From Pseudomonas phage PP9W2, in sequence record OM141125.2: a stretch of DNA of 54,250 nucleotides; one strand, given 5' to 3'. How positions within the stretch are numbered: the stretch's first letter is position 1; each line of letters opens with the position of its first letter. The notes under the pieces were generated by a model. It was not told the origin of the DNA. It was given only the letters and a program-made list of their open reading frames with translations, and made no database searches. The translations under genes were made by a program, and so were the position numbers. This document shows, piece after piece, positions 37,619-46,353 of this stretch.

Positions 37619-38683
37619 TCAGTAGTTGATCGAGATATGAGGAACCTTGCGCTGAGCGATCAGTGTGATCGCCTGCTTGGCGCATTCCTCGGGCATGCCG
37701 CCGGCGATAAGGGCTGCCAGGGCTTCGTTGTTGATGGCTTTCTTATGGGCCTTATCGGCTTCTCGGGCTGCTGCCTCGCGCTCGATCCTGGCCTGCTCGT
37801 CTGCCTGCCGTTGGCGCTCTGCGGCAGCGGCTTCTTCGGCGCGCCGCTGTGCATCACGCTCAGCTTGCTCGGCGCGCTGCTGTGCTTCCAACTTCTCGCG
37901 CTCCGCCTTCTCGGCAGCGAGTCGCAGTTCCAGTTCCCTGCGCTCGGCGGCAGCCTTTGCCTCGGTTTCTCGGCGAGCTGCGGCTTCGCGTTCTTCCTGG
38001 GCGCGTCGTTCCGCTGCCAGGCGCTCGGCCTCGGCTGCTTCGCGGGCAATGCGTTCCTCGCGCTCTTTCTGCTCGCGAGCAGCAGCTTCGGCGCGCAGTC
38101 GCTCCAGCTCGGCCTGCTCGGCTTCATACTTCTCGCGTGCAACGAGGGCTTCGCGCAGCGCGGCCAGGGCCTTATCTTTGGTGCGGGCGGCCTCGGTTTC
38201 GAACTCTTCCCAGTCCTCGCCAATCAATAGACCTTCCAGCCACTCAATGTTGGCTTTCAACTCGGTCGAATCTAGGTCGCGGCATTCAAGACGCAGGTTG
38301 ATCTGATCGATGCCGGCCTGGTGCTTGGCCTTGCGCATTTCCTCGCGCTGCTCCCACTCCGTTAGCGGCTGGCGTACCTCCGCCTGCCAGTGGTCCAGAA
38401 GATCACGCATGCGCTTACGCTCGGCATCGACCTTCTTCGGTACTTCCTTCAGCTCGGCGACCAGTTCCTTGCCTACGTTGTCCAGCGCCGTCTTCGAGCG
38501 GGCTACCTTGTAGGCGATGGAGGCGATGGCCTCTCTGCCCTTGCGGGTAGTGACGTCTGGCACGAAGCCGTCGATCTCTTCGCGAATCTTGGCCAGGAAC
38601 GGGTCAAGGCCATTTGCGGACGAGTAGACTTGGAGGGCGGTTTCTTTGGCCGGCACTTCGACCAGTTGGGTTTCTGCGGACAT
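37619..38683 (-). CDS. hypothetical coiled-coil protein
   Basis: Long E/R/A-rich helical repeat region. Confidence 0.45.
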   Translation of the reverse strand: MSAETQLVEVPAKETALQVYSSANGLDPFLAKIREEIDGFVPDVTTRKGREAIASIAYKVARSKTALDNVGKELVAELKEVPKKVDAERKRMRDLLDHWQAEVRQPLTEWEQREEMRKAKHQAGIDQINLRLECRDLDSTELKANIEWLEGLLIGEDWEEFETEAARTKDKALAALREALVAREKYEAEQAELERLRAEAAAREQKEREERIAREAAEAERLAAERRAQEEREAAARRETEAKAAAERRELELRLAAEKAEREKLEAQQRAEQAERDAQRRAEEAAAAERQRQADEQARIEREAAAREADKAHKKAINNEALAALIAGGMPEECAKQAITLIAQRKVPHISINY

Positions 38684-38725
38684 GAGTGATCCTCGCCGCG
38701 CATGCGCAGCCAGTGAAGGGAGGGG

Positions 38726-38953
38726 TTATAGGCTTGTCGTTCTGGAAATCTCGTCCAGCTTCTCGAAAGCCATCGACATTGCTTCGACGTAGGCGCGGGA
38801 CTTGCGGATGTCGGAAGGTAAGCAACTACTACTTCCAACCATCCAAACTCCTCCGATGTTGTTGCTAATCGACATAACGTCACGCCCATCGACTAGGGCG
38901 TTGATCTGCGTATATCGATGATGATCAACTACCTCAATGCTTGCCCTACTCAT
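38726..38953 (-). CDS. hypothetical protein
   Basis: 75 aa; lower GC. Confidence 0.35.
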   Translation of the reverse strand: MSRASIEVVDHHRYTQINALVDGRDVMSISNNIGGVWMVGSSSCLPSDIRKSRAYVEAMSMAFEKLDEISRTTSL

Positions 38954-39037
38954 ATCGTTCTCCAGGTAGAAGGGGAAAGGCGCTTACGGCGCCACTCGGC
39001 AGCGTCACCCCCGCTGGGGAAGCCGCAGTTATCCGGA

Positions 39038-39172
39038 TTACCGGCCTGCTGCGGACAGGTGCGTAGCTTCTGCGGTGATGATGCCGCCCCAGATCGGGCC
39101 GGCTGCGAGAATGAACAGGTACAGCAGGCCGCCGAAGAGGCTGCCTAGCCAGATTGCTGTGCGTCGTGGGTT
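39038..39172 (-). CDS. small single-TM protein (45 aa, GTG start)
   Basis: VNPRRTAIWLGSLFGGLLYLFILAAGPIWGGIITAEATHLSAAGR. Confidence 0.25.
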   Translation of the reverse strand, partial: NPRRTAIWLGSLFGGLLYLFILAAGPIWGGIITAEATHLSAAGR

Positions 39173-39774
39173 CACGGCGTCACCCGCTTGAACTCGACGA
39201 CCCAGACCCAGGGATTGGCGGTGAAAGCCTCTGGGCCGTTGATCTCTCCCCAAAGGGAGCGGAACCAGAGCCAAGCATCCAATCCACTACCGCCCGTTTC
39301 GCATTCGCGCTCGGCGGGATATCCCTCGGCCCGTGCCTGCTCCTCGCTGATGTCCTGCAGGCGCTCTACGCGAACGGCGGTGATCTCCAGTAGGATGCGG
39401 GAGGCCCAACGCGGCATATGGATAGAGGGGCGAACGCGGCCCTTAGAGATCATGGAGCATCCTGTCTGCCGAACGCTGAGGTCTGCCGGGTACCAGATCG
39501 GTTCACCTTGGCTGAGGTCGCACGGCGCGATTGCGTCTACCTGGGCATCTGCTGCCCAGGCCTCCCGCACCCACAGCCGATCGCCGGGCTCGCCGTAGGG
39601 GCAGGTGATGCGTGCGTGCAGGCCGGCATCAAGCGTCTTGAATGGCGTATTGGGATCGACCATTGAGCCGAGGAAGTCGGGCTGCGGCGACACCACTCGG
39701 CGGCTGACCGTCTTCCTACCTTCCAGGATGGCGCGGACCATCTGGTCGTTGAACAGGATCGGACGTTCTTTCAT
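39172..39774 (-). CDS. ASCH/PUA-like domain protein
   Basis: MKERPILFNDQMVRAILEGRKTVSRRVV...GDRLWVREAW. Confidence 0.45.
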   Translation of the reverse strand: MKERPILFNDQMVRAILEGRKTVSRRVVSPQPDFLGSMVDPNTPFKTLDAGLHARITCPYGEPGDRLWVREAWAADAQVDAIAPCDLSQGEPIWYPADLSVRQTGCSMISKGRVRPSIHMPRWASRILLEITAVRVERLQDISEEQARAEGYPAERECETGGSGLDAWLWFRSLWGEINGPEAFTANPWVWVVEFKRVTP

Positions 39775-39941
39775 TCTTCTTGCTCCTCAAGCTTTGTCAG
39801 CCGAGCCAGCATTTCACTGGTTAGCTGCGCATGGTCCTCTTGGCTAAGGACAGGCATGGGCACGAACAGAACGCCCGTATTTTTGAGCACCTGGGCGGCC
39901 TCTATGGCCTTGCGAAGTAAATCGACTGGTGCGCGCTTCAT
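39771..39941 (-). CDS. small hypothetical protein (56 aa)
   Basis: ATGA overlap with the next gene; GAGGTGG RBS. Confidence 0.3.
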   Translation of the reverse strand: MKRAPVDLLRKAIEAAQVLKNTGVLFVPMPVLSQEDHAQLTSEMLARLTKLEEQEE

Positions 39942-40051
39942 AGCCCCGCCACCTCAACAAACGCCACGGCGAACATGAACACGCTGCCCACAAAAAAGCC
40001 GCCGAAGATCAGGACTTGGGCGGCCTTGGTCAGGTCGATGGTGATGGTCAT
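39938..40051 (-). CDS. small TM peptide (37 aa)
   Basis: MTITIDLTKAAQVLIFGGFFVGSVFMFAVAFVEVAGL; AGGAG RBS. Confidence 0.25.
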   Translation of the reverse strand: MTITIDLTKAAQVLIFGGFFVGSVFMFAVAFVEVAGL

Positions 40052-40566
40052 GTGGATGACTCCTGGCGGCGGTAGCCGGCGTCGTATAGCGCGTAAAGCG
40101 TAGGGTACTGATATGGAACTCCTTGAATTGACATAGCCATATCACCGACTGCCTTCTCCCGCTCCTCGGCGGCGATCTGCTCGGGGGTGCGGATGGGGCG
40201 GAACAGCATGTCGCACGTGCGGTAGAGCTGTTCTTGTGCGTCGTCGTACGCAACTAGAGACTCTTCGCTGATGTACCGAATTTCACAGGGACGATACTCA
40301 GGCCAGATCATGTGTCTGTATTGGCACACCGTCCCAACCGGCGGCAGGCCCTGGCCGTCCCAGGCCTCTTGCGGTCTAGCCTCGAATGTCGCCTCACGCT
40401 CTGCGGATACAAAACAATCTGCCCACACTCCGGCCCACACTTCGCTTCCTTCGAGCCAATAGGACCATTCATTCCCGACCTTTTTCATCCAGCCTTCGCC
40501 GAATACTATCCCCCTCGGCTCCCAATGAGTCGCACCCTCCGGTGCCGTGTTCCAGTCAATGCTCAT
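40048..40566 (-). CDS. hypothetical protein
   Basis: Minus-strand ORF that overlaps both neighbours. Confidence 0.4.
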   Translation of the reverse strand: MSIDWNTAPEGATHWEPRGIVFGEGWMKKVGNEWSYWLEGSEVWAGVWADCFVSAEREATFEARPQEAWDGQGLPPVGTVCQYRHMIWPEYRPCEIRYISEESLVAYDDAQEQLYRTCDMLFRPIRTPEQIAAEEREKAVGDMAMSIQGVPYQYPTLYALYDAGYRRQESST

Positions 40567-40928
40567 GCTCGCCTCTCCCTAACCAGTCGTTCAGCGTTCT
40601 CGATAAGCGTGGATTCGAATGCGCGGAACCAGATGCGTTGTGCCAGTTCCAGATCGCCTCGGCGGACGGCTAGGAGTAGCTGAGTCATCGGGCACTCTTT
40701 GCTGTCGACCTCTGCGAGCCACTCAGGCACGAATCCGGCAAAGCCGTAGACCGTGAACTCCGGCCCGATAAAGGGCCTCTCTTTCCGGTCATGGAACGGC
40801 ACGCAATCACCGTCTTCACAGTTCAGAAGCTTCCCGACTTGCTCAGTGACATACTCTCGGTCGCCGTCATCGTCGGGCGGTAGCGCGTTGTCCCAGCGCT
40901 CCTGGGCGTATTTCAATGCGGTGTTCAT
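40563..40928 (-). CDS. hypothetical protein
   Basis: Minus-strand ORF that overlaps its neighbour. Confidence 0.4.
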   Translation of the reverse strand: MNTALKYAQERWDNALPPDDDGDREYVTEQVGKLLNCEDGDCVPFHDRKERPFIGPEFTVYGFAGFVPEWLAEVDSKECPMTQLLLAVRRGDLELAQRIWFRAFESTLIENAERLVRERRA

Positions 40929-41033
40929 GTCTCACCTCGCGTTCGCGTGCATGCGGCAGCGTCCTGTCTCGCTGTCGTCATACAGGCGAAAAAATGCCCG
41001 GACTTGCCGGGCTAAGAGGGGTACTTGTCGGTG

Positions 41034-41225
41034 TCATTCGCTTTCAACGTATGCGCCGAAGTCAATGTGATTACCGAGAAAGTCTTGAGCTAACTCTTCT
41101 AGATATTCATCTTTCCCTTCTTCTGAAAGAGAGTCCCAATACCCTTTGTCTATCTCGATAGAGTCTTCGTGTTTGCATCCAGCAAATCCGGTATCCACAT
41201 ACATTTTGATCTTGATAAGTTCCAT
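41034..41225 (-). CDS. small highly acidic protein (63 aa)
   Basis: 17 Asp/Glu against 5 Lys; about 42% GC island. Confidence 0.45.
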   Translation of the reverse strand: MELIKIKMYVDTGFAGCKHEDSIEIDKGYWDSLSEEGKDEYLEELAQDFLGNHIDFGAYVESE

Positions 41226-41425
41226 TTCTCATTACCTGTTCTTGTGTGCCAGGGTAGGGTGGGGATGCCGGAGCTGATCTCCGGCATGCTGGTGGTGACA
41301 TCATGTGTTCCGTTTCATGCCACGCATCGATTCGTGTACGCGGTTCACAGCGGCAGTCTGGCCAGCAACCATTTACAGTTATGACGTTCGTCTCATGGCG
41401 GCAAAACCATGATTCTCGTCGCGCA

Positions 41426-41677
41426 TCAGCCTGCGCATTCAGACCACTCTCCGATACAGCCATAAGGCTGGTGTTCGTTGACTTCTTCGATGCCCCTCTT
41501 GCGAAGGGCATCTGAGAAATCGGGGTGTTTCTTTTTGCACAGGCCAACGGTCGCTTTCCCGTTGATGCGATTCGGCGCGACAAGGGATCGAGGTCCCACG
41601 GCCAAACGCCAATCAACATCACGCAGCCTCTCCAGCCACGCCCTCCGAATGAGGTCTCCTGTGCCCAGCGCCGACAT
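41426..41677 (-). CDS. hypothetical early protein in N-like position (Arg-rich N-terminus)
   Basis: First ORF downstream of the putative PL; IRRAWLERLRD. Confidence 0.3.
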   Translation of the reverse strand: MSALGTGDLIRRAWLERLRDVDWRLAVGPRSLVAPNRINGKATVGLCKKKHPDFSDALRKRGIEEVNEHQPYGCIGEWSECAG

Positions 41678-41812
41678 ATGGTCGAATCGCTGCCTACCGT
41701 TGCGCGGTAGGTCCGCTGGCTATGCATCGGCCAGCTCGGCGTCCATCTGGTTGTTAAAGAGCGGTCGGCTCGGTGGCCTCGCGCTGCGGTGTTCTGCGGC
41801 GTTGAGGTGAGT

Positions 41813-41852
41813 ATGAGATTGCTCATATTCATTGTCAATGAGTTTCCCCATA
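41813..41852 (-). promoter_or_regulatory. OL/PL: two operator sites plus TTGACA -35
   Basis: TATGAGattgCTCATA and AATGAGtttcCCCATA with centres 24 bp apart. TTGACA on the minus strand lies between them. Confidence 0.4.
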
Positions 41853-41867
41853 TTTTTTCTTGAGGCC

Positions 41868-41895
41868 ATGAAAAAGCCCGCGCTAGGCGGGCTTA
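41868..41895 (-). terminator. rho-independent terminator of cI operon
   Basis: On the minus strand: gccataagcccgcctagcgcgggcTTTTTCAT. Confidence 0.5.
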
Positions 41896-41913
41896 TGGCT
41901 CCTTTGGAAGGTT

Positions 41914-42183
41914 CTAGCTGCGGCGTCTTAGGGTGAATCCCCTAGCGGCCATGCCAAACAGGCAGAAAATGGCGCCTACCGCTGCTTTGGCCAGAAGGAT
42001 AGTAGTAGGGTGCTGCTCCCAGGCAGGGATACTGCCTGAAAAGGCAAGCGTGATAGCGACATATACACACGCAGAGATCAGTACCGAGATTCTGCTCTTG
42101 ATGAAGAACCCGATAGCCGCGCACAGGAAGAACACCAATGGGTCCAGAAGGGAAGCTGCTAGGCAAGCGACAAACACAACCAA
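41914..42183 (-). CDS. 3-TM membrane protein co-transcribed with cI (rexB-like position)
   Basis: TTG start with AGGAG RBS 10 nt after the cI stop; about 52% GC; followed by a terminator. Confidence 0.5.
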   Translation of the reverse strand: MVVFVACLAASLLDPLVFFLCAAIGFFIKSRISVLISACVYVAITLAFSGSIPAWEQHPTTILLAKAAVGAIFCLFGMAARGFTLRRRS

Positions 42184-42192
42184 AGCGATCTC

Positions 42193-42864
42193 CTATCCAA
42201 TGCCGCCACCGCGCCATATGACGCGACCTATGATTGGAAGCTCATGAACTGAGCTTTCACTAGCCATCTCATCCGGATAAGCGGACTTGTCTGGATTGTC
42301 GCTACGGATTAGCCACGCTCCTGTTAACTGCTGGTTAAGGCGCTTGATGCTAACGCCGCCATCCGGCCTCCGGATAACATAGACCTGCTTGTCCTGTGGG
42401 TCTGTCTTGGAGGTGTCGAAGAGGACCACATCTCCCTCGAATATGTAAGGCTCCATGCTGTCGCCATCAGCATAGATTACAAAGAGGTTCTCCGGCTTTG
42501 AGTTGACACGCTTCAGCCAGTCGCGCTTGAAGACAAGCCCTTCGGTGGTCTCAACGTGATCATTGAAATACCCATCGCCGCATTCGCCGCGAGCAGTGTA
42601 TTGAGGTATCAGGGCGTAGTCCTTTTCGCTTGGGGCTCCTGGTAAAGCCTCTTCATTGTTGTTCATGTTGCCACGCCCAGCGGCAAGCCATAACGCGCTT
42701 ACCCCGCAAGCAGCAGCTAGCTGAGCAATATACGCCGATCCCTGAGATTTTCCTTTCTCAAGGTTGGAAATAGATGTTTGGTCCAGGCCGACTCGCTGAG
42801 CCAGTTGAGCCTGAGTGAGATTGGCGTGCTTGCGCGCGGCCTTGATGCGGTCTTTGAGTTCCAT
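42193..42864 (-). CDS. cI: CI-like repressor (HTH_XRE plus S24 LexA-like peptidase)
   Basis: [24 protein letters not shown]; Ala-Gly cleavage site and Ser...Lys catalytic dyad (DGDSMEP...VSIKRL); leaderless start downstream of a GATAAT -10. Confidence 0.85.
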   Translation of the reverse strand: MELKDRIKAARKHANLTQAQLAQRVGLDQTSISNLEKGKSQGSAYIAQLAAACGVSALWLAAGRGNMNNNEEALPGAPSEKDYALIPQYTARGECGDGYFNDHVETTEGLVFKRDWLKRVNSKPENLFVIYADGDSMEPYIFEGDVVLFDTSKTDPQDKQVYVIRRPDGGVSIKRLNQQLTGAWLIRSDNPDKSAYPDEMASESSVHELPIIGRVIWRGGGIG

Positions 42865-42875
42865 CCGAAAATTAT

Positions 42876-42939
42876 CATGGGCGTTCCCATGTCCTTGCAA
42901 ATGAGTATTCCCCTGCTGTACCGTATGAGTATTCCCATA
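42876..42939 (+). promoter_or_regulatory. OR: three operator sites at 24-bp spacing, PRM/PR
   Basis: CATGGGcgttCCCATG, AATGAGtattCCCCTG and TATGAGtattCCCATA; consensus ATGRG-N4-CYCAT. Confidence 0.5.
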
Positions 42940-42951
42940 AGGAGGGAAGCT

Positions 42952-43173
42952 ATGACCACCATCTACAAAGAGCTCGTCGCCTATTTTGGGACTCAAGACG
43001 AGACCGCCGCGAAGCTCGGCGTTGACCAAAGCACTGTGTCTGGATGGGTCCGGGGAAAGCACGGGATGTCTCCTATTGTTGCGAAGCGGGCTCAGGTTTT
43101 GACCGACGGGAAATTCAAGAAAGAGGACCTGTGTCCGGCTTTCCCGTGGGAAATGCTGTCGGCGGTTGCCTGA
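42952..43173 (+). CDS. cro: Cro-like HTH protein
   Basis: GGAGGGAAG RBS; [23 protein letters not shown]; divergent from cI. Confidence 0.65.
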   Translation: MTTIYKELVAYFGTQDETAAKLGVDQSTVSGWVRGKHGMSPIVAKRAQVLTDGKFKKEDLCPAFPWEMLSAVA

Positions 43174-43174
43174 C

Positions 43175-43483
43175 ATGACAGCCAGTCAATTAAACCCCGA
43201 GCAGGAAGCAAGGGCACGCAAGAACTACAGCCTCATCGTGCAGCGACTTGCATCGGTTGGAAATGCGCCGGTTGCGCATGCAGTCGGTTGCGATGAGTCG
43301 ACGATCAGCCGAATGAAGCCGGAGAAGTTCCTTGAGTTCGCCCGGATCTTGGCCGTGCTGGACCTGAAGGTCGTCGGCAACGAGATGAAGTGCTTCAACG
43401 AGAAGGAGATCGCCGCGATCTTGCACCTGGCGAAATCGAAGCTCTCTGAGGTCGAGAGCGTCGAGCAACTGGAGTGGGATTGA
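43175..43483 (+). CDS. cII: CII-like transcriptional activator
   Basis: [37 protein letters not shown] resembles the lambda CII core. Confidence 0.55.
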   Translation: MTASQLNPEQEARARKNYSLIVQRLASVGNAPVAHAVGCDESTISRMKPEKFLEFARILAVLDLKVVGNEMKCFNEKEIAAILHLAKSKLSEVESVEQLEWD

Positions 43484-43674
43484 TGCGCGAACGACTCACG
43501 AACTCTGACTATGCCGCAATGGCTGACGCTGCTGGAGAGCTTGCGGAGATGGGTTCGAGCGAGTGGAGGCGCAGATACAACAAAGCCCTGCGCGATTACT
43601 ACAGGGCTTTGTCGGTGCGTGGATCGGTGGCAGCCGAATCACGCTTGGGGAAACACAACACACAGGAAGCATAA
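43483..43674 (+). CDS. hypothetical protein
   Basis: ATGA-coupled to cII. Confidence 0.35.
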   Translation: MRERLTNSDYAAMADAAGELAEMGSSEWRRRYNKALRDYYRALSVRGSVAAESRLGKHNTQEA

Positions 43675-43677
43675 CCC

Positions 43678-44268
43678 ATGAGTTACGGGTTTATCTACTG
43701 CCTGGGCAATCAGGCTATGCCGGGGATCTACAAGATCGGCATGACAGAACGGGCTCCGACTCAGCGCTGTATTGAGCTTTCAAATGCTACGGCGGCGCCT
43801 CTTCCTTTCGACCTTCTGTTTTACGGCGAGGTGGAAGACCCGCGTGAAGTGGAACGCAAGATCCACGAACAGTTCGATCTCGAACGGCTCTCCTGTGGTC
43901 GCGAATTCTTCCGCGGCCGCGCCCTGACCTACAAGCTGGCAATTGAAGAGTGGTGCAGCTCGATAGCTGTTACCAGCGACGGCGATTATTACCTGTCCGT
44001 AGAAGATTTGTTGGATCAGCTGGAGGCATGCGCGGATGACGAAGGGCGCGTCGAGGTCTTCATGCGCTACGCCTCCTTGGATGGAATTCGCATGTGGGCC
44101 GAGGGTGGAAACGTGCGATTCAGCGTGCCAAATCTCGACATGATCCCGCGCTGGATTCTGGCGGCATCGTCTATCTGCAAAGGAGTGCTTTTGCAGCATC
44201 TGCCGACTGAACACCCGATCAAGTCCAGCCGCGCTCTTTCCCTGATTGCCGCGGAGGATAGCTGGTGA
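43678..44268 (+). CDS. T5orf172 (GIY-YIG-like, MUG113) domain protein
   Basis: YGFIYCLGNQAMPGIYKIGMTERAPTQRCIEL. Confidence 0.55.
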   Translation: MSYGFIYCLGNQAMPGIYKIGMTERAPTQRCIELSNATAAPLPFDLLFYGEVEDPREVERKIHEQFDLERLSCGREFFRGRALTYKLAIEEWCSSIAVTSDGDYYLSVEDLLDQLEACADDEGRVEVFMRYASLDGIRMWAEGGNVRFSVPNLDMIPRWILAASSICKGVLLQHLPTEHPIKSSRALSLIAAEDSW

Positions 44269-44975
44269 GCACGATAATCATGACTCAGTGCTGGCCGCTT
44301 CAGGGAATGAGCGCCCCACAGAAAGCCGTTCTTATCTCGTTGGCTGACAACTCGAACGATGACGGCGTTTGCTGGCCGTCCGTTGCCAAGATTGCAGAGC
44401 GTACCTGCCTGTCAGAGCGCGCTGTGCGCAACGCGCTTCGCTGGCTGGAGGATGCAAAGATACTGATCAGTCACCAGCGCAATGGCCGATCCACTTGGTA
44501 CACCGTTACCCCGGCATCTTATGCCCCCGGCACGACATGCCCCCCGGCACCAGATGCCGCCCCACCCCGGCACGACGTGCCGCCCACCCCGGCACCTGGT
44601 GCCCCCAGAACCGTAATAGAACCATCAAGTGAACCGTCAGTAGAGACAACCGCTGCTGCCGAAGATGCGAAATCCAAGAAGACTGCCTGCCCGGTAAAGG
44701 CGATTGTCGACCTGTTCAACGAAGTGCTTCCAGAGCTGCCGACCGTGGTCTTGATCAACAAAGATCGGAAGTCGAAGGTGCAGGCTCGCTGGAATGACAG
44801 CGAAGTCCATCAGGACCTTGGCTTCTGGAGAGATTACTTCGAGACCGTTCGCGCCAGTGATTTCCTGATGGGGAGGGTGACGGGTCGCGACGGGAAAGTG
44901 TTTCGCTGCTGCTTCGACTGGCTGATTGCTCCCTCCAACTTCGTCAAGGTTGTGGAGGGCAATTACCATGCGTGA
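44265..44975 (+). CDS. replication initiator (lambda O-like, N-terminal wHTH)
   Basis: LSAPQKAVLISLADNSNDDGVCWPSVAKIAERTCLSERAVRNALRWLE; iterons lie inside the gene. Confidence 0.6.
   Translation: MSTIIMTQCWPLQGMSAPQKAVLISLADNSNDDGVCWPSVAKIAERTCLSERAVRNALRWLEDAKILISHQRNGRSTWYTVTPASYAPGTTCPPAPDAAPPRHDVPPTPAPGAPRTVIEPSSEPSVETTAAAEDAKSKKTACPVKAIVDLFNEVLPELPTVVLINKDRKSKVQARWNDSEVHQDLGFWRDYFETVRASDFLMGRVTGRDGKVFRCCFDWLIAPSNFVKVVEGNYHA
44515..44593 (+). repeat. origin iterons (4 direct repeats of about 19 bp, each an imperfect palindrome GGCACNNNGTGCC)
   Basis: cccccggcacgacatgcc / cccccggcaccagatgcc / accccggcacgacgtgcc / accccggcacctggtgcc, followed by an AT-richer tract. Confidence 0.55.
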
Positions 44976-46353
44976 TCCCTACAGCCTCGAAGCCGAGCAT
45001 GGGGTTCTTGGCGCGATGATGCAGCGTCCGGAGCTAATCGACGTTCTTGCCGATGAGCTGACCCCGGAGTCGTTCTATTTCGCAGACAACGCTGAGGTTT
45101 TCCGGGCGATCATGGCGGTACGCTCTGCCAACAAGGCGGTCGACTTCCTGACCGTAGCTGAGCAGCTTGGAGCGCTTCCTAGCGAGACCCCGGCACTGGC
45201 TTACTGCTGCGAGATCGTGAAGAACACTCCGAGTATTGCTAGCGCCTCGACCTATGCCCGTATCGTCCGTGAGCGCGCTGTTGATCGGGCACTGCATATC
45301 GCTGCCCAGGACATTTCCGAGATTGCCAGTTCGAGCCAGGAGACCGCTGAAAAGGTCTCTGCTGCTCATGCCGCAATCATGGCAGTGGATGCTGGCGAAA
45401 CTAGCGTTGACGTTCAGAAGGCTTCAGATGTCCTGGCAACCCAGGTTGAGGTCTGGCAGCAGCGCCACGACCGCTATCGGAGCGGACAAACCCTGATGGG
45501 TATTTCTTCTGGGCTGACTGATCTCGACGCCAAGATCGGCGGGTTCCTGCCGGGCCAACTGATTGTCGTCGCTGGCCGACCAGCGATGGGCAAGACAACC
45601 TTCGCAATGTCCTGCTCGATCCATGCGGCGCTCAAGGAGCGGAAGTCAGTGCTGGCGCTTAGCCTTGAGATGAGCAATGGGCAGCTCATTGACCGCGCCG
45701 TTGCTTCAGTCGGAAAGATTCCGCTGAACATGATCCGAAACGGTACCGCATGCGAGGAGTACGGTGCCGAGCTGGGTGCCGCATCGCGGACTATCAGCAT
45801 GTCCAGCCTGTACCTCGCGGACAAGCCAGCCCTGAATACGATCGGCCGAGTTCGCGCCATGGCGCGCCGTCACAAGATGCGCTATGGACTCGACATGCTG
45901 ATGGTCGACTACCTGCAACTCATGGACGGGGAGGGGGAGAACCGCGTCAACGTCATCAGCTCAATCAGCCGCGGCTTCAAGCTCCTGGCAAACGAACTTG
46001 GCGTTCCTGTGATTCTCCTAAGCCAGCTTTCCCGAAAGTGTGAGGAGCGCCCTAACAAGCGCCCGATCCAGTCCGACCTCCGCGAATCCGGCGCCATTGA
46101 GCAGGACGCAGACATCATCCTCTTCGTCTACCGGGACGAGGTCTACAACGAGCATACCGAGTTCAAAGGGGTGGCCGAGATCATCGTCGCAAAGGGGCGC
46201 GACGTTGAAACGGGGACGGTACGTGCTGCGTTCTTGGGTCAGTACAACCGCTTTGAAAACCTATCCGCTGAATGGCGGCCTGCTGAGGCCGATAGGCCGC
46301 AGAAAGTAACTCGGCTGTCTGACCGCTATGGCAGCAAAGGAGCGGGCCAATGA
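44968..46353 (+). CDS. dnaB: replicative DNA helicase DnaB
   Basis: Walker A GRPAMGKT; DnaB N- and C-terminal domains; GGAGGG RBS. Confidence 0.9.
   Translation: MRDPYSLEAEHGVLGAMMQRPELIDVLADELTPESFYFADNAEVFRAIMAVRSANKAVDFLTVAEQLGALPSETPALAYCCEIVKNTPSIASASTYARIVRERAVDRALHIAAQDISEIASSSQETAEKVSAAHAAIMAVDAGETSVDVQKASDVLATQVEVWQQRHDRYRSGQTLMGISSGLTDLDAKIGGFLPGQLIVVAGRPAMGKTTFAMSCSIHAALKERKSVLALSLEMSNGQLIDRAVASVGKIPLNMIRNGTACEEYGAELGAASRTISMSSLYLADKPALNTIGRVRAMARRHKMRYGLDMLMVDYLQLMDGEGENRVNVISSISRGFKLLANELGVPVILLSQLSRKCEERPNKRPIQSDLRESGAIEQDADIILFVYRDEVYNEHTEFKGVAEIIVAKGRDVETGTVRAAFLGQYNRFENLSAEWRPAEADRPQKVTRLSDRYGSKGAGQ

Noticed and set aside
37637-38306. Several plus-strand ORFs (Ala/Ser/Arg-rich) inside 37619..38683
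   Set aside because: Mirror-image low-complexity translation of the coiled-coil gene on the other strand.
41107-41838. 243-aa minus-strand ORF spanning the acidic-gene islet and the N-like ORF
   Set aside because: Trp/Arg-rich implausible sequence that runs through OL/PL and a compositional boundary. The shorter ORFs 41034..41225 and 41426..41677 are preferred.
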